Shown here in pieces: positions 20,584 to 31,958 of a DNA stretch of 64,000 nucleotides. The stretch spans positions 101,928 through 165,927 of the forward strand of contig DJHE01000019.1 in NCBI GenBank assembly GCA_002432945.1. The letters are read 5' to 3'. A model generated the notes under the pieces. The model searched no databases. It worked only from the letters and a program-made list of their open reading frames with translations, and was not told the DNA's origin. The position numbers and the translations under genes were made by a program. Origin of the DNA: Synergistaceae bacterium UBA5827 (GTDB lineage Bacteria; Synergistota; Synergistia; Synergistales; 79-D21). Within the stretch, counting starts at the first letter, position 1. Every line of letters starts with the position of its first letter.

Positions 20584-22064
20584 ATTGTTCCCTCCTTCTT
20601 TGCGGCTCCGAGGCCGCATATATTTCTTCTACCGGATGCTCTGCCAATCCGGGCACTGGCCTCCGGTTTCTCTTCATTTTGGAGAGCTCTCAAATATTTT
20701 TCCCGCCCAGTTTTTTCCCAGAGCGGATCATAGATCTCCCTGATCTCCGCAGCGTAGCAATCCAGTTTTTCAGCCATTTCTCCCAGTATAGATCCCGCCC
20801 CCGGATGCGTAGGCCGGGCGTTCGTACTCGCGACAATTTTGCGAAGGACATGCGGGTGATCGATGATCAGGCATGGCCTCAGGAGGTTGTCGTCATCGTA
20901 GGGCTGAGCCTGCCGAATCGCCCTGAAAAACGGGCTGTCAATAACATCCGTCAACGCTTTCCCATGAATATTGTCCACCGCAAAATGCACGAACACGCAA
21001 GGCTCGACATCCCCGTTGGCGATGATATGGAGGTAGCGCTCCCCACCCGCCATACAGCCGTCAACATAGGGACCGTCATTCCAGAAATCACCCATGAAAA
21101 TAGGTTTTTCTCTGCGCCAAACTTCGACTTTTTCGTGGAGGAAAGCTCGCTGTTCTGGTTTCGCCATGAGAGAGATATCCGGCTCAAGCCCTGCAGGAAT
21201 GTATTGAAAAAACCAGCCGACAAAGCATCCTGCAGCGATCATCGCTTCAATGAAGTCATCCGAAGCGATCTCTTCCGCGTTCTCCCGCGTGAAAGTCGCG
21301 CTAAACCCGAAGAGCACCCCTGCGTTCCGAAGGCGTGAGAATGTCGACAGGATCTTGTCATACATCCCCGGGCCACGCCGAAGATCGGTGCTTTCGCGGC
21401 TTCCTTCAATCGACACCATCGGAGCGACATTGCCAAGCTTGGCCAGTTTCTCGACCATAGCGTCATCAAGGAGAGTCCCGTTGGTATAAACCTGGAAGAA
21501 ACAATCGTCATGCTTTTTCCACAGGTCCAGAAGGTCTCCCCGGATAAAGCACTCCCCGCCGGAAAAGGTGAAAAAATACATTCCAAGCGCCTTCGCTTCC
21601 GTCAGGATGCGGTCCAGTTCGTCGAAGGAAAGCTCCTCCTGGTTCCCGTATTCCGCAGCATAGCACCCTCGGCAACGAAGATTGCAGCGCATCGTCGGGC
21701 TGATCACCATGAAATTGGGAAGGTGAAGGTGCCTTGTTTTTTCTTCCCTGTCGCGGATACCTCTGCCGAGCACAATGAAATTAACGAGGAAATTCGCGAT
21801 GAACTTTTTTCGCACGTGGGGATTAAGTTCCCGGAACGTTCTCCTGAAGACCCCCACGAAGGGGTCGTTCTCTTGCACCATTAGGCTGAGTTTTTCAAAT
21901 CCCGCCTTATGGTACCTGGACGGGGCAAGGGTCGAAATCTTCCTGAAAAGGGCGGCAAGGTCCTTCTCTTTACCATCTTCGATAGCCTTGGCCAGGTGAT
22001 CTAGCAACCTGGCTGAAACAAAGCCCCTGGCCTGGTCGAACATGGACAACCCCACCATGCTCAC
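20580..22064 (-). CDS. radical SAM protein with about 100-aa N-terminal extension and Cys-containing C-terminal auxiliary domain; function unknown
   Basis: 494-aa ORF with CNLRCRGCY cluster motif and a downstream region containing DGCMAGG and GDVEPCVF. GTG start (or ATG at 22058) overlaps the upstream gene stop. Confidence 0.8.
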   Translation of the reverse strand: MSMVGLSMFDQARGFVSARLLDHLAKAIEDGKEKDLAALFRKISTLAPSRYHKAGFEKLSLMVQENDPFVGVFRRTFRELNPHVRKKFIANFLVNFIVLGRGIRDREEKTRHLHLPNFMVISPTMRCNLRCRGCYAAEYGNQEELSFDELDRILTEAKALGMYFFTFSGGECFIRGDLLDLWKKHDDCFFQVYTNGTLLDDAMVEKLAKLGNVAPMVSIEGSRESTDLRRGPGMYDKILSTFSRLRNAGVLFGFSATFTRENAEEIASDDFIEAMIAAGCFVGWFFQYIPAGLEPDISLMAKPEQRAFLHEKVEVWRREKPIFMGDFWNDGPYVDGCMAGGERYLHIIANGDVEPCVFVHFAVDNIHGKALTDVIDSPFFRAIRQAQPYDDDNLLRPCLIIDHPHVLRKIVASTNARPTHPGAGSILGEMAEKLDCYAAEIREIYDPLWEKTGREKYLRALQNEEKPEASARIGRASGRRNICGLGAAKKEGTM

Positions 22065-22372
22065 GCTCCCTTCGTTTCCAGCCCTTCAAGCCGTTCCTCC
22101 AGGCGAAGCAGTTTCCCCTCAAGTTCGACAAACTCTTCCTTTGACACCAGCGGAAGATGGGTTAACAGGCGCTGGAGCTCCTTCTGGAATCCAGCGATCA
22201 ACATCTGCCTTCTCTCGGCAAGCGATCGCTCGACATCTTGCAGGAGGCCATCCAGGTCCGACTGGCTTAGAGCTCCCCGCTGAACAAGGGGGTTCATGCT
22301 TTCCTTCATGATCGCAAGCGCTGCTGCACCCGTGCCAACGCCCTCCATGAGCAATTGCAGGACCGTCTCCAT
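22061..22372 (-). CDS. small coiled-coil protein, phasin/COG3937-like
   Basis: Inner part of ORF 22061..22522. ATG 22372 is preceded by a G-rich RBS. Sequence METVLQLLMEG...LVSKEEFVELEGKLLRLEERLEGLE resembles PHA-granule/phasin-like regulators. The upstream 50 codons overlap the secF terminator and are rejected. Confidence 0.45.
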   Translation of the reverse strand: METVLQLLMEGVGTGAAALAIMKESMNPLVQRGALSQSDLDGLLQDVERSLAERRQMLIAGFQKELQRLLTHLPLVSKEEFVELEGKLLRLEERLEGLETKGA

Positions 22373-22422
22373 CGATTCCCCCCCCTTCCCTTTTCCTACA
22401 CTATCATTATAACCTCGCCTTA

Positions 22423-22462
22423 AAACGACAGGGACGGCGTTTGTGCGCCGTCCCTGTCGTTT
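22423..22462 (-). terminator. intrinsic terminator downstream of secF
   Basis: Perfect 17-bp inverted repeat AAACGACAGGGACGGCG / CGCCGTCCCTGTCGTTT with a 6-nt loop. On the minus strand the stem runs into TTTT. Confidence 0.7.
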
Positions 22463-22479
22463 AACGCCTTGTGCCTGGA

Positions 22480-23352
22480 TTAACGGGGAGACTTCTTGTA
22501 CCACTCGCAGAGAAGAGCACAAGCGATGAAAACCGAGCTGTATGTCCCGATGATGAGCCCAACAAGAAGCGCGAATGAGAAATCAGCAAGGACCGGCCCC
22601 CCGAAAAGAAAGAGCGCAAGTACAGGAAGCAGCGTCGTAAGGGACGTATTGATTGTCCTGGAGAGTGTCTGGTTCACCGAATCGTCCAGCAGTTTCTCGA
22701 TGCCAAGCTGGCGCATCTTGCCCCAGTTCTCCCTGACCCGGTCCAGCACGACGATAGTATCGTTAATGGAGTACCCGACAACCGTCAGGATGGCGGCAAT
22801 GTAAGTCAGCGAGATTTCACGGCCCGTAAGGGCGAAGGCTCCCGTGACTATGATCGCGTCGTGGGCCAGGGCGGCGACGCTGACAGCGGCAAATCGGAAC
22901 TGGAACCGGACGCTGACGTAAAGGAGGATTCCCACAAGCGCCAGGACAAGAGCGACAAGCGCCCCCCTGGTCAATTCCTTTCCGACAACCGGCCCGACTT
23001 TCTCCAACCGCAGGACCTGGATTTCACCGAATTTCTGCCTCAAGGCATCTCTAGCCTGTTGCCCGATCGTTTCTTCACCCGCCTTGAGCCGGATGATCAT
23101 CCCCCGTTCGCTGTACGCCTGGATGACAGCCTGTTCCTGGCCAACCGCAGCCAGGGCTTCGCGAACCTCCTGGACCGAGGCGGCAGCTGGGAACTCAACT
23201 TGCAGGAGCGTGCCCCCCGTGTAATCGATTCCGAGATTCAAGCCCTTGAATGCGATCAGGAAAAAACTTGCGAAGATCATGGCGATACTGATGCCAATGG
23301 CGACGCGCCGGAATGCCATGAATTCGAACCGCTTGTCGTGTAACAGCTTCAT
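22480..23352 (-). CDS. secF: protein translocase subunit SecF
   Basis: ORF 22480..23466. Start refined to ATG 23352 (MKLLHDKRFEFM..., RBS GAGGGAGGG 6 nt upstream). Six-TM SecD/F architecture. Confidence 0.9.
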   Translation of the reverse strand: MKLLHDKRFEFMAFRRVAIGISIAMIFASFFLIAFKGLNLGIDYTGGTLLQVEFPAAASVQEVREALAAVGQEQAVIQAYSERGMIIRLKAGEETIGQQARDALRQKFGEIQVLRLEKVGPVVGKELTRGALVALVLALVGILLYVSVRFQFRFAAVSVAALAHDAIIVTGAFALTGREISLTYIAAILTVVGYSINDTIVVLDRVRENWGKMRQLGIEKLLDDSVNQTLSRTINTSLTTLLPVLALFLFGGPVLADFSFALLVGLIIGTYSSVFIACALLCEWYKKSPR

Positions 23353-23365
23353 GCTCGTCCCTCCC

Positions 23366-24757
23366 TCAGTTCGACCCGAGGGCCTTTTTTCGGTTGAAAT
23401 CCAGCAGGAACTGCAGGATGACCCGGGTGACCAGGACGTTACAGAAAACGCTGGAAATGATTCCAATACTCAACGTCACCGCAAAACCGCGGATTGGGCC
23501 GCTACCGAAGTAGAAGAGGATCGCCGCCGCGATGAGTGTAGTGAGGTTCGAGTCGAGAATCGTCGTGAGGGCCTTTCGGAAACCCGCATCCAGCGCGGCA
23601 AGCTGCGTCTTGCCTGATCTCAGTTCTTCCTTCATTCGTTCGTAGATGAGGATGTTCCCGTCAACCGCCATACCGATGGTCAGGACGATGCCCGCTATAC
23701 CTGGCAGCGTCAGAGTGGACCTGAAAGTGATCAGCCCGGCAAACACGAGCAGGATCGCAACGCTCAGGGCCATGTCCGCCGCTATTCCGAGAAAACGGTA
23801 GTAGACCAGCATGAAGATAAGGACCAGGATGGCACCGATGAACCCGGCTCTCAGGCCGGCGCGGATCGAGTCAGAGCCAAGGGTAGGGCCAACCGTGCGG
23901 TTCTCGGCCACTTCGACCGGTACCGGCAGAGCGCCAGCCCGAAGCATGATCGCAAGCCGGTTTGCCTCGTCGACGGTAAACCTTCCCGTGATTTGTGCTT
24001 CCCCACCACTAATCCGTTCCTGGACAACCGGGGCCGAAATGATCTCCCCATCCAGGACGATGGCAATCTGCCGCCCGATGTTGCCCGCGGTCGCCTCGTC
24101 GAAAAGCCGGGTTCCGTCCGGGCTGAACTTTAGGGAAACCATCGGCCGCGAGAGGCTGTCAAACCCCGTCTTGGCATCCTTCAGGTCTTTCCCGACCACG
24201 TAGGTCTTTCCCAATAGGTAGGCTCTCCCGTCCTTGTCCCTTCCGACAGAGACGCCGGGTGTGCTCGCCACCCGTGCCTTCAGCTCCTGCGCAACGGCAT
24301 CCACTTCATCCTTGGCTTTCTGCCACCTGGACTGGGCGGCAAGGAAATCTTCGTCGCTGGCATAATTTGGCCGGTTGGGAGCAGGTGGAACGGCTGCCGT
24401 GGACTGGAGCACCTCCTTGAATTCCAGGAGAGCCGTCCTTCCTATCAACTCAAGGGCAGCCTCCGGGTCCTGGATTCCTGGTAGATCCAGTATGACCCGA
24501 TCCTTACCCTGCCTCTGGATAACCGGTTCGGCGACGCCATATTGGTCAACCCGGTTCCGGAGGACCGCAATCAAACGGTCGATGCTGTCATCGGTCAGGG
24601 GGCTCTCAGCCGTTTCCTTTGCCAGGAGGACGATATGCGCACCCCCCTTGAGATCCAAACCGAGCCGGACTCTTCCCTGGATTGGGAACACTGCAAAAAG
24701 TCCTGCCACAACCACCGCGGCGACAAGAATCAGCCGCCAGCGATCCCTCTTCAACAT
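23366..24757 (-). CDS. secD: protein translocase subunit SecD
   Basis: ORF 23366..24847. Start refined to ATG 24757 (MLKRDRWRLILV..., RBS AAGGAGG 8 nt upstream). Periplasmic domain plus C-terminal TM bundle. Confidence 0.9.
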   Translation of the reverse strand: MLKRDRWRLILVAAVVVAGLFAVFPIQGRVRLGLDLKGGAHIVLLAKETAESPLTDDSIDRLIAVLRNRVDQYGVAEPVIQRQGKDRVILDLPGIQDPEAALELIGRTALLEFKEVLQSTAAVPPAPNRPNYASDEDFLAAQSRWQKAKDEVDAVAQELKARVASTPGVSVGRDKDGRAYLLGKTYVVGKDLKDAKTGFDSLSRPMVSLKFSPDGTRLFDEATAGNIGRQIAIVLDGEIISAPVVQERISGGEAQITGRFTVDEANRLAIMLRAGALPVPVEVAENRTVGPTLGSDSIRAGLRAGFIGAILVLIFMLVYYRFLGIAADMALSVAILLVFAGLITFRSTLTLPGIAGIVLTIGMAVDGNILIYERMKEELRSGKTQLAALDAGFRKALTTILDSNLTTLIAAAILFYFGSGPIRGFAVTLSIGIISSVFCNVLVTRVILQFLLDFNRKKALGSN

Positions 24758-24877
24758 GGGACAAACCTCCTTGGGAAACAACTCGAGTCCGGACATCCGG
24801 TGGCGGGGGCCTGAAGCGTCCCGTCCCCGCCATTCGCAGTCCGGCAATACCGTTTTTCGATAAAGCCGTCAGGACAG

Positions 24878-24909
24878 AAAAAAAGGGAGCAGGCGCAATG
24901 ACCCACTCC
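24878..24909 (-). terminator. hairpin plus T7 run between yajC and secD (possible attenuator or partial terminator)
   Basis: Minus-strand GGAGTGGG...CCTGCTCC imperfect stem (contains G-U pairs) followed by TTTTTTT. Confidence 0.35.
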
Positions 24910-24926
24910 TCTTGCCGGCAAGGATT

Positions 24927-25256
24927 TTACGCTTCGGGTATACCTTCAACGGCAGGCGTCTCTTCCTTCTTGCCCGCTTCCTCACTCTTCTTGTACTGCA
25001 CGGAAGATTTCAGGATACGGGCCTTCACCCCGTCAGCGATCTCCAGGATGTAGCTGTCATCCTTTGTCTCGCGGACGATTCCGAAGAAACCGCCAGCCGT
25101 TACAACCTGGTCTCCCCTCTTGATCGAGGCAAGCATCTCCTGGTGCTGACGCTGCCGCTTCTTCTGAGGACGAATGATCAGGAAGTAGAAAATTACGACA
25201 AACAACGCGAGGGGAAGAAGCATCCCCATGAGTCCACCCTGTGCTCCACCAGTCAA
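24927..25256 (-). CDS. yajC: preprotein translocase subunit YajC
   Basis: 109-aa ORF with a single TM segment then IIRPQKKRQRQHQEML and GDQVVTAGGFFG motifs. TTG start with RBS GGGAGG 7 nt upstream. Confidence 0.9.
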   Translation of the reverse strand: MTGGAQGGLMGMLLPLALFVVIFYFLIIRPQKKRQRQHQEMLASIKRGDQVVTAGGFFGIVRETKDDSYILEIADGVKARILKSSVQYKKSEEAGKKEETPAVEGIPEA

Positions 25257-25313
25257 ACCGAACGCCTCCCGTCTTCAGTCTCGTTTTTTGGCATGGACAA
25301 TTCTAACACGACT

Positions 25314-25940
25314 TTACCGTTCGAGCTGCTTGAGAAAGAAAAGAAGCTTCTCTAGTTCCGTCGCGATATCCACATGGTAGACCAGCACGGATTTCGGGAC
25401 AATAACGGCCGTCTGGGCAAAGGACAGGATACCGCGGATCGTCCCGGAGGAAACGGCTCGGTCGACACACCCCTGCGCTGCAGCTGCTGGTACGGTCAGG
25501 ATCAAGATTTCCACCTGTTCCTCCCGGAGTGTCTCGGTAATTTTCTCAATGGGATAACAGGGAATTCCCATGATTGACCGTCCGACCTTCTGGGGGTCGT
25601 TGTCAAACAGGGCCAGGACCTTGAACTTGCTGCTCTGGAACGCCTTATGTCCCAAAAGCGCCTCACCGAGTCGTCCGACTCCTATCAGGGCAATACGCCA
25701 GAGACGAGGGGTCGACAGGATGCTCTTGATATGTTCGTAGAGCTTCTCAACGTGATATCCGACACCGCGCTTGCCGATCTCGCCGAAATAGGAGAGGTCC
25801 TTGCGAACCTGGCTCGCTTTCAGGGAAAGCATTTCCCCCATTTCCTGGGAAGACACGACCCTTCTCCCTTCTTCATGAAGGAGTTCCAGAAGCCGGTAAT
25901 ACTGGACTAGTCTTTCGATTGTCGGCTCAGCGACTTTCAT
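25314..25940 (-). CDS. rex: redox-sensing transcriptional repressor Rex
   Basis: 208-aa ORF with an N-terminal winged helix (QVRKDLSYFGEIGKRGVGYHV) and a Rossmann domain (IALIGVGRLGEAL). Confidence 0.9.
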   Translation of the reverse strand: MKVAEPTIERLVQYYRLLELLHEEGRRVVSSQEMGEMLSLKASQVRKDLSYFGEIGKRGVGYHVEKLYEHIKSILSTPRLWRIALIGVGRLGEALLGHKAFQSSKFKVLALFDNDPQKVGRSIMGIPCYPIEKITETLREEQVEILILTVPAAAAQGCVDRAVSSGTIRGILSFAQTAVIVPKSVLVYHVDIATELEKLLFFLKQLER

Positions 25941-25976
25941 TGACGCAATCCTCCGATCATGGGATGAACCCTTTGG

Positions 25977-26357
25977 TCAAGAACGGCTGGCGACTACCTC
26001 GATTTCGACGAGGGCCCCCTTCGGCAATGCAGAAACTTCCACGAAGGATCGCGCTGGCGGTTCCTCCTTGAAGTAGCGTCCATAGACCTCGTTGACACCA
26101 GAGAAGGTTCCCATATCCGTAGAAAAGACTGTCGCCTTGACAACATCGCGGAAGGTCAATCCCTGGGATGCAAGGATCGCCCCGATATTCTTCAGGACCT
26201 GTTCAGCCTGGGCCGCGGCATCCCCATCCACCATCTCACCGTTTTCAGGGTTGATGGGGATCTGGCCGGAAAGGAAAAGCAGTTCCCCTGACCAGACTCC
26301 CTGGCTATAGGGCCCTATCGCAGCGGGCGCATTTTGAGTGGAAACGATTTTTTTCAT
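25977..26357 (-). CDS. RidA/YjgF family reactive-intermediate deaminase
   Basis: ORF 25977..26405. Start refined to ATG 26357 (MKKIVSTQNAPAAIGPYSQG...), typical of the family. Confidence 0.85.
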   Translation of the reverse strand: MKKIVSTQNAPAAIGPYSQGVWSGELLFLSGQIPINPENGEMVDGDAAAQAEQVLKNIGAILASQGLTFRDVVKATVFSTDMGTFSGVNEVYGRYFKEEPPARSFVEVSALPKGALVEIEVVASRS

Positions 26358-26420
26358 CCGGGCACACTTCCTCTCAAGAAAGTTTTCTATCCTGATCGCA
26401 GACAAACCTCTCCAGAGGAG

Positions 26421-26681
26421 TCACTGCTCCTCCACCCGGCGATCTTCCAGGATCCGGAAAGGCATTTCTCCCCTCTTGATGAGCCTCTCGTCATCAGTAA
26501 GGACATCCAGGACAACGAGGCGCCGGGGATAGGCCACCTCAATCCTGTCGGACACCCGGACCTCTGCTGAAGGCCGGACGATTCTTCCATTCAATTTGAC
26601 TGCACCCAGCTCGACCATTTCTTTTGCTACGGTACGGCGCTTTACGAGGTGCGAGAGCTTGAGGAAAAGATCAACGCGCAT
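26421..26681 (-). CDS. S4-domain RNA-binding protein
   Basis: ORF 26421..26699. ATG 26681 has RBS AAGGAGAG 5 nt upstream. MRVDLFLKLSHLVKRRTVAKEMVELGAVKLNG is an S4 fold signature. Confidence 0.75.
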   Translation of the reverse strand: MRVDLFLKLSHLVKRRTVAKEMVELGAVKLNGRIVRPSAEVRVSDRIEVAYPRRLVVLDVLTDDERLIKRGEMPFRILEDRRVEEQ

Positions 26682-26752
26682 GATTGCTCTCCTTATCACA
26701 AACCGTCAGAAGTATAGCAAACCCCGCTTCCTCCAACAAATGTCTTCTGGCC

Positions 26753-27982
<1,230 letters not shown>

Positions 27983-27987
27983 TCCGG

Positions 27988-29727
27988 TCATCTCCTTCCC
28001 TTCAGGATCCGGGCCAGTTCGTTCAATCGAGACATGTCTTCGCTGGCCGCCAACCCCCTGGTCATTTTTTCCCTCAAACCCCGGTACTCCTTTTCGATGA
28101 CCCTTTTCTTGAGGCTGGATTCGACCTTTAGCCATGCATCCTCCACGTTGCTGAAAGCCTCGCAGAAATCTCCCCCAACTGCGAGAGCCGCTTCCAGGAA
28201 CCGATCGTTCGTTTCATGCCACCGTCCCTGCAGCGATTCCGGGGATTCTCCATTCAATACGGCTGCGACGGCTCCCTGGACCTTCTCGTCGGAAACCAGC
28301 GGCAGAATCGCTTCAGGGGCTAAACCGGAGCGCTTTTCAGGGGACTTCCACAAGAGAAAAAGGAGTGCCGCTTCCCATGGGTCAGGAGGCAATCCTCCCC
28401 CCTTATCCCCTTCATTTACATATACGCGATCAGAGGCGGATTCCCTCTTTTCCGTTTCGGATGGAAATTTTCTTACCGCCAGTTGCCTGTCTCGGAGAAT
28501 TTCGGCAAGCTGGTGTTGGAAAACCCCGAGAGAACTCGCGATGGACGCGAGATGTGGGGCCAGGTCCAGCATGGAAAGCTCCGCAAGCCCTTCCAGTATC
28601 TCTTCGACGACCTTCTTCCGCCCTGGGCCTTCCAGGGTCGCCCTTCTTGCGTGGACATGGTAAAGCGGAAGGGGTATTGCCTCCCCAAGAGCCAGCCTGA
28701 AAAGGTCCGAACCACCGGAGGAGGCCAGGAGTTCATCGGGGTCCTTTCCCCTCGGCAATTCCACAACGTGGACATCGAGCCCCTCCTTCTGGAGAAGGGT
28801 CATCCCCCTGAGAGTCGCTTCCTGTCCTGCGGCATCACTGTCATAGCAGATAAGGACACGGTCAGCCATTCGTTTCAGCAGCGCCGCCTGCTCCGCCGTC
28901 AAGGAAGTCCCGAGAGTGGCGACAGCATTCCGAAAACCGCACAGGTGCAGGCGCAGGGCATCCATGTACCCCTCGACGACAATTGCTGCGCCGATTTCCC
29001 GAATCGATGCCTTGGCAATGGGAAGAAGGTAAAGCAGGGCTCGCTTGTTGAAGAGTGGTCCTTCGGGGCTATTGATGTATTTTGCCCCCTCCCCTGATAG
29101 TATCCTTCCTCCAAAAGCAGTCAGTTTACCGGCAATATCCCGGATTGGAAAGAGGACTCGGCCACGGAATCGGTCGTAATCTCCCTTTTGCCCTTCGATG
29201 ATGAGGCCGCAGGCAAGTGCTTCCTGCCTGGTGACCCCTTTCTTCTGGAGCAGGCTCCATAGCGCATCCCACGCCGGCGGAGCCCATCCAAGCTCGAATT
29301 GTGACCATGCCGAAGACTCAAGCTGCCGGGTCCCAAGGTATTTGCGAGCCGCCTCGCCGGAAGGCGATTGCAGGTTTTCCCGGTAAAAGCCCAGGGCAAT
29401 CTCCATTATTTCGGAAAGGTTGCGCTTGCCGCCTGCGCTTCGCCGAATCTCCACTCCTGCCCGTTCCGCGAGCATTTCCATCGCTTCCGGGAAAGAAAGC
29501 CCTTCCCGTTCCATCACGAAGGAAAAGATATCGCCTCCACGGCCGCATCCATAACAATGAAAGGTCTGTCTTTCAGGGGAGACGTAGAAGGAAGGGGTTT
29601 TTTCGGCATGGAAGGGGCAAAGCCCCCTGAGGTTTTTCCCCACCTTGCGAAGGGGGACGGAATCTCCGACGAGTTCGACGATATCAAGCCTTTCCTTGAT
29701 TTCCCGGACGGCTTCGTCCTGGCCCAT
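27988..29727 (-). CDS. dnaG: DNA primase DnaG
   Basis: 579-aa ORF with a zinc-binding domain ([26 protein letters not shown]) and a TOPRIM domain (VVEGYMD). Confidence 0.95.
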   Translation of the reverse strand: MGQDEAVREIKERLDIVELVGDSVPLRKVGKNLRGLCPFHAEKTPSFYVSPERQTFHCYGCGRGGDIFSFVMEREGLSFPEAMEMLAERAGVEIRRSAGGKRNLSEIMEIALGFYRENLQSPSGEAARKYLGTRQLESSAWSQFELGWAPPAWDALWSLLQKKGVTRQEALACGLIIEGQKGDYDRFRGRVLFPIRDIAGKLTAFGGRILSGEGAKYINSPEGPLFNKRALLYLLPIAKASIREIGAAIVVEGYMDALRLHLCGFRNAVATLGTSLTAEQAALLKRMADRVLICYDSDAAGQEATLRGMTLLQKEGLDVHVVELPRGKDPDELLASSGGSDLFRLALGEAIPLPLYHVHARRATLEGPGRKKVVEEILEGLAELSMLDLAPHLASIASSLGVFQHQLAEILRDRQLAVRKFPSETEKRESASDRVYVNEGDKGGGLPPDPWEAALLFLLWKSPEKRSGLAPEAILPLVSDEKVQGAVAAVLNGESPESLQGRWHETNDRFLEAALAVGGDFCEAFSNVEDAWLKVESSLKKRVIEKEYRGLREKMTRGLAASEDMSRLNELARILKGRR

Positions 29728-29751
29728 TCGGACACCTCCAGACTGGGAGAA

Positions 29752-29781
29752 GCCGAGGGGGGCAGGACTGCCCCCCTCGGC
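29752..29781 (-). terminator. strong GC hairpin between hppA and dnaG (terminator-like, no clear U tract)
   Basis: GCCGAGGGGGGCAG / CTGCCCCCCTCGGC, 14-nt perfect arms separated by 2 nt (about 12-13 bp effective stem). Lies 51 nt after the hppA stop and 24 nt before the dnaG ATG. Confidence 0.45.
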
Positions 29782-29832
29782 GACGTTCGTATTTCGGGAA
29801 GTTGCGAAAATTAACCGGTCGGTTCGGCTCGC

Positions 29833-31794
29833 CTAGACAAATAGCGGGGCGATGACGACCGCCACGACGGACATGAGCTTGATCAGGATATTCATGCTGG
29901 GACCGGCTGTATCCTTGAATGGATCGCCGACCGTATCTCCAACGACGGCGGCAGCATGGGCCGGAGTCCGCTTGCCTCCATGGTGTCCCTCTTCGATGTA
30001 TTTCTTCGCGTTATCCCAGGCACCGCCTGCATTGGCCATGAAGATGGCGAGCATGACGCCCGTCACGATCGAGCCGCCTAGAAGCCCGCCAAGAGCCGCA
30101 GGACCAAGGAGGATGCCAACCAGCACCGGGGCGACGACGGCCATGAGCCCTGGAACGACCATCTCGCGGAGGGCAGCAGCGGTGGATATATCCACGCAGC
30201 GCTCATACTCGGGACGGCCGGTGCCTTCCATGATGCCCGGGATTTCGCGGAACTGGCGCCGGACTTCGTCGATCATTTTCTGGGCAGCGCGACCAACGGC
30301 TCCGATCGCAAGGGCACCGAAAATAAAGGGAAGCAATCCTCCGATGAAGAGCCCGACCATGACCTTCGGGTCACGCAGGTCAATCACGTCGATATGAGCT
30401 GCCTGGGCATAGGCGACGAAAAGCGCCAGGGCTGTCAGGGCGGCAGAACCGATAGCCAGCCCCTTGCCCACGGCTGCAGTTGTATTGCCAACAGCATCCA
30501 ACTTGTCGGTGATCTGCCGGATTTCATGGGGCATGTGGCTCATCTCGGCAATGCCCCCCGCGTTGTCGGCTATCGGGCCATAGGCATCAACGCTCAGGAC
30601 CATGCCCGTGATGGCAAGCATCCCGACAGCGGAGCAGGCAATCCCGTACAGCCCGCCAAAGCGGACTCCGACCAGGGTCGCAGCGCAGATGAGAAGGACT
30701 GGAACAGCCGTGGATTTCATTCCGATTCCAAGTCCCGAAAGGATGTTTGTCGCAGGTCCTGTCAGCGAGGCTTCGGCTATTTCCTTGACCGACTTATAGC
30801 TGGAAGAGGTGTAAACCTCTGTGGCGAAACCGATCGCAACACCTGCAACCGTACCTGCAACCACGGCATAGAAAAGGGTCAGTTCGCCGAAAATTGCCCG
30901 GGTCAGGAAGAACGTGCCCACGATCAGGAATGCGCCGGTCGCATAGGTTCCTCGGCTAAGAGCGGCCTGAGGATCCCCGTTAGGCCCGACCTTGACGAAA
31001 AAGGTTCCCAGGATGGAAGAAAGGATGCCAAGCGCTGCAAGGAGGAGAGGATAAACCATCCCCGCATTTCCGAAGGTAACGATCCCGATCGCCATACAGG
31101 CAACAATGGCGTTGACGTAGGATTCGAAAAGGTCCGCTCCCATTCCGGCGATATCGCCGACGTTGTCTCCCACGTTATCGGCAATGACGGCAGGGTTTCT
31201 CGGGTCATCCTCGGGAATGCCCGCCTCTACCTTGCCGACCAGGTCCGCACCGACATCAGCCGCCTTGGTGTAGATACCGCCGCCCACACGGGCAAAGAGG
31301 GCAATGGAGCTGGCACCGAAACCGAAACCGACGACAATGTTCGGGTCCTTGAAGAGAAGGGTGCAGAAAAGGATGCCTAGAATACCGATGCCGACGACGT
31401 TCATGCCCATGACCGAGCCGCCGGTGAAGGCCACCGTCAACGCCTCGTTCATGCCCTTCGTGGCGCTGAAGGCAGTTTTTCCGTTGGCCTTCGTGGCAAC
31501 GTTCATGCCAAAATAGCCCGTCATCGCGCTGCAGAACGCGCCGAGGACAAAGCAAATTGCCGTGCCCGCGCCTATCTTCCAGAAGAGCAGTCCGCCCACA
31601 ACCACGACGAAAGGCATTAGGGCCTTGTATTCCCTGTAGAGGAAAGCCAACGCCCCTCCGTGGATGATGGTGGAGAGCTCGTTGATCCTTTCGTTTTCCA
31701 CCTTGACGGCGCCGATCTTGCCCGTGGCCCAGATCGCGTAGGCCAAGGCAAGAACCCCTGACAGCGCCACCATAAGAATGACTTGTGTTCCCAT
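29833..31794 (-). CDS. hppA: membrane-bound ion-translocating pyrophosphatase
   Basis: ORF 29833..31914. Start refined to ATG 31794 (MGTQVILMV..., RBS AAAGGAGG 8 nt upstream). About 16 TM segments, with GDNVGD and DNAGGIAEM motifs. Confidence 0.95.
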   Translation of the reverse strand: MGTQVILMVALSGVLALAYAIWATGKIGAVKVENERINELSTIIHGGALAFLYREYKALMPFVVVVGGLLFWKIGAGTAICFVLGAFCSAMTGYFGMNVATKANGKTAFSATKGMNEALTVAFTGGSVMGMNVVGIGILGILFCTLLFKDPNIVVGFGFGASSIALFARVGGGIYTKAADVGADLVGKVEAGIPEDDPRNPAVIADNVGDNVGDIAGMGADLFESYVNAIVACMAIGIVTFGNAGMVYPLLLAALGILSSILGTFFVKVGPNGDPQAALSRGTYATGAFLIVGTFFLTRAIFGELTLFYAVVAGTVAGVAIGFATEVYTSSSYKSVKEIAEASLTGPATNILSGLGIGMKSTAVPVLLICAATLVGVRFGGLYGIACSAVGMLAITGMVLSVDAYGPIADNAGGIAEMSHMPHEIRQITDKLDAVGNTTAAVGKGLAIGSAALTALALFVAYAQAAHIDVIDLRDPKVMVGLFIGGLLPFIFGALAIGAVGRAAQKMIDEVRRQFREIPGIMEGTGRPEYERCVDISTAAALREMVVPGLMAVVAPVLVGILLGPAALGGLLGGSIVTGVMLAIFMANAGGAWDNAKKYIEEGHHGGKRTPAHAAAVVGDTVGDPFKDTAGPSMNILIKLMSVVAVVIAPLFV

Positions 31795-31885
31795 CGATGA
31801 AACCTCCTTTGGACTATGAATATTCATTTGGCGTAACAACTTGCCCGCCCCAGCAGGGCGGGCATTGGCATGAAAAGCGCCCATT

Positions 31886-31914
31886 ATTATAGACATCTCG
31901 TGCATCCAGCACAA
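31886..31914 (-). promoter_or_regulatory. sigma-70-type promoter candidate for hppA
   Basis: Minus strand reads TTGTGC (31914-31909), 17 nt, then TATAAT (31891-31886). The predicted leader contains an 8-bp GC hairpin (31843-31863). Confidence 0.5.
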
Positions 31915-31958
31915 GGGACCCGGACAGAATCGGGGACCTCAAGTGAAAACCCGGGCGG

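Noticed and set aside
22373-22522. N-terminal extensions of several ORF-track entries: 22061..22522, 22480..23466, 23366..24847, 26753..28135, 29833..31914, 34492..36156, 38314..39435, 40981..42735, 45620..47494, 52125..52871 and 56534..57973.
   Set aside because: The extensions overlap upstream genes or terminators, lack an RBS and are not family-like. Internal starts with good Shine-Dalgarno spacing restore canonical N-termini, so coordinates were trimmed accordingly.
27988-27991. ATGA-coupled rpoD start (MTGMAKKEK) at 27991.
   Set aside because: The GGAG Shine-Dalgarno sequence abuts this ATG with no spacer, whereas it sits 9 nt before ATG 27982. The latter is preferred, but the difference is only 3 codons and remains unresolved.
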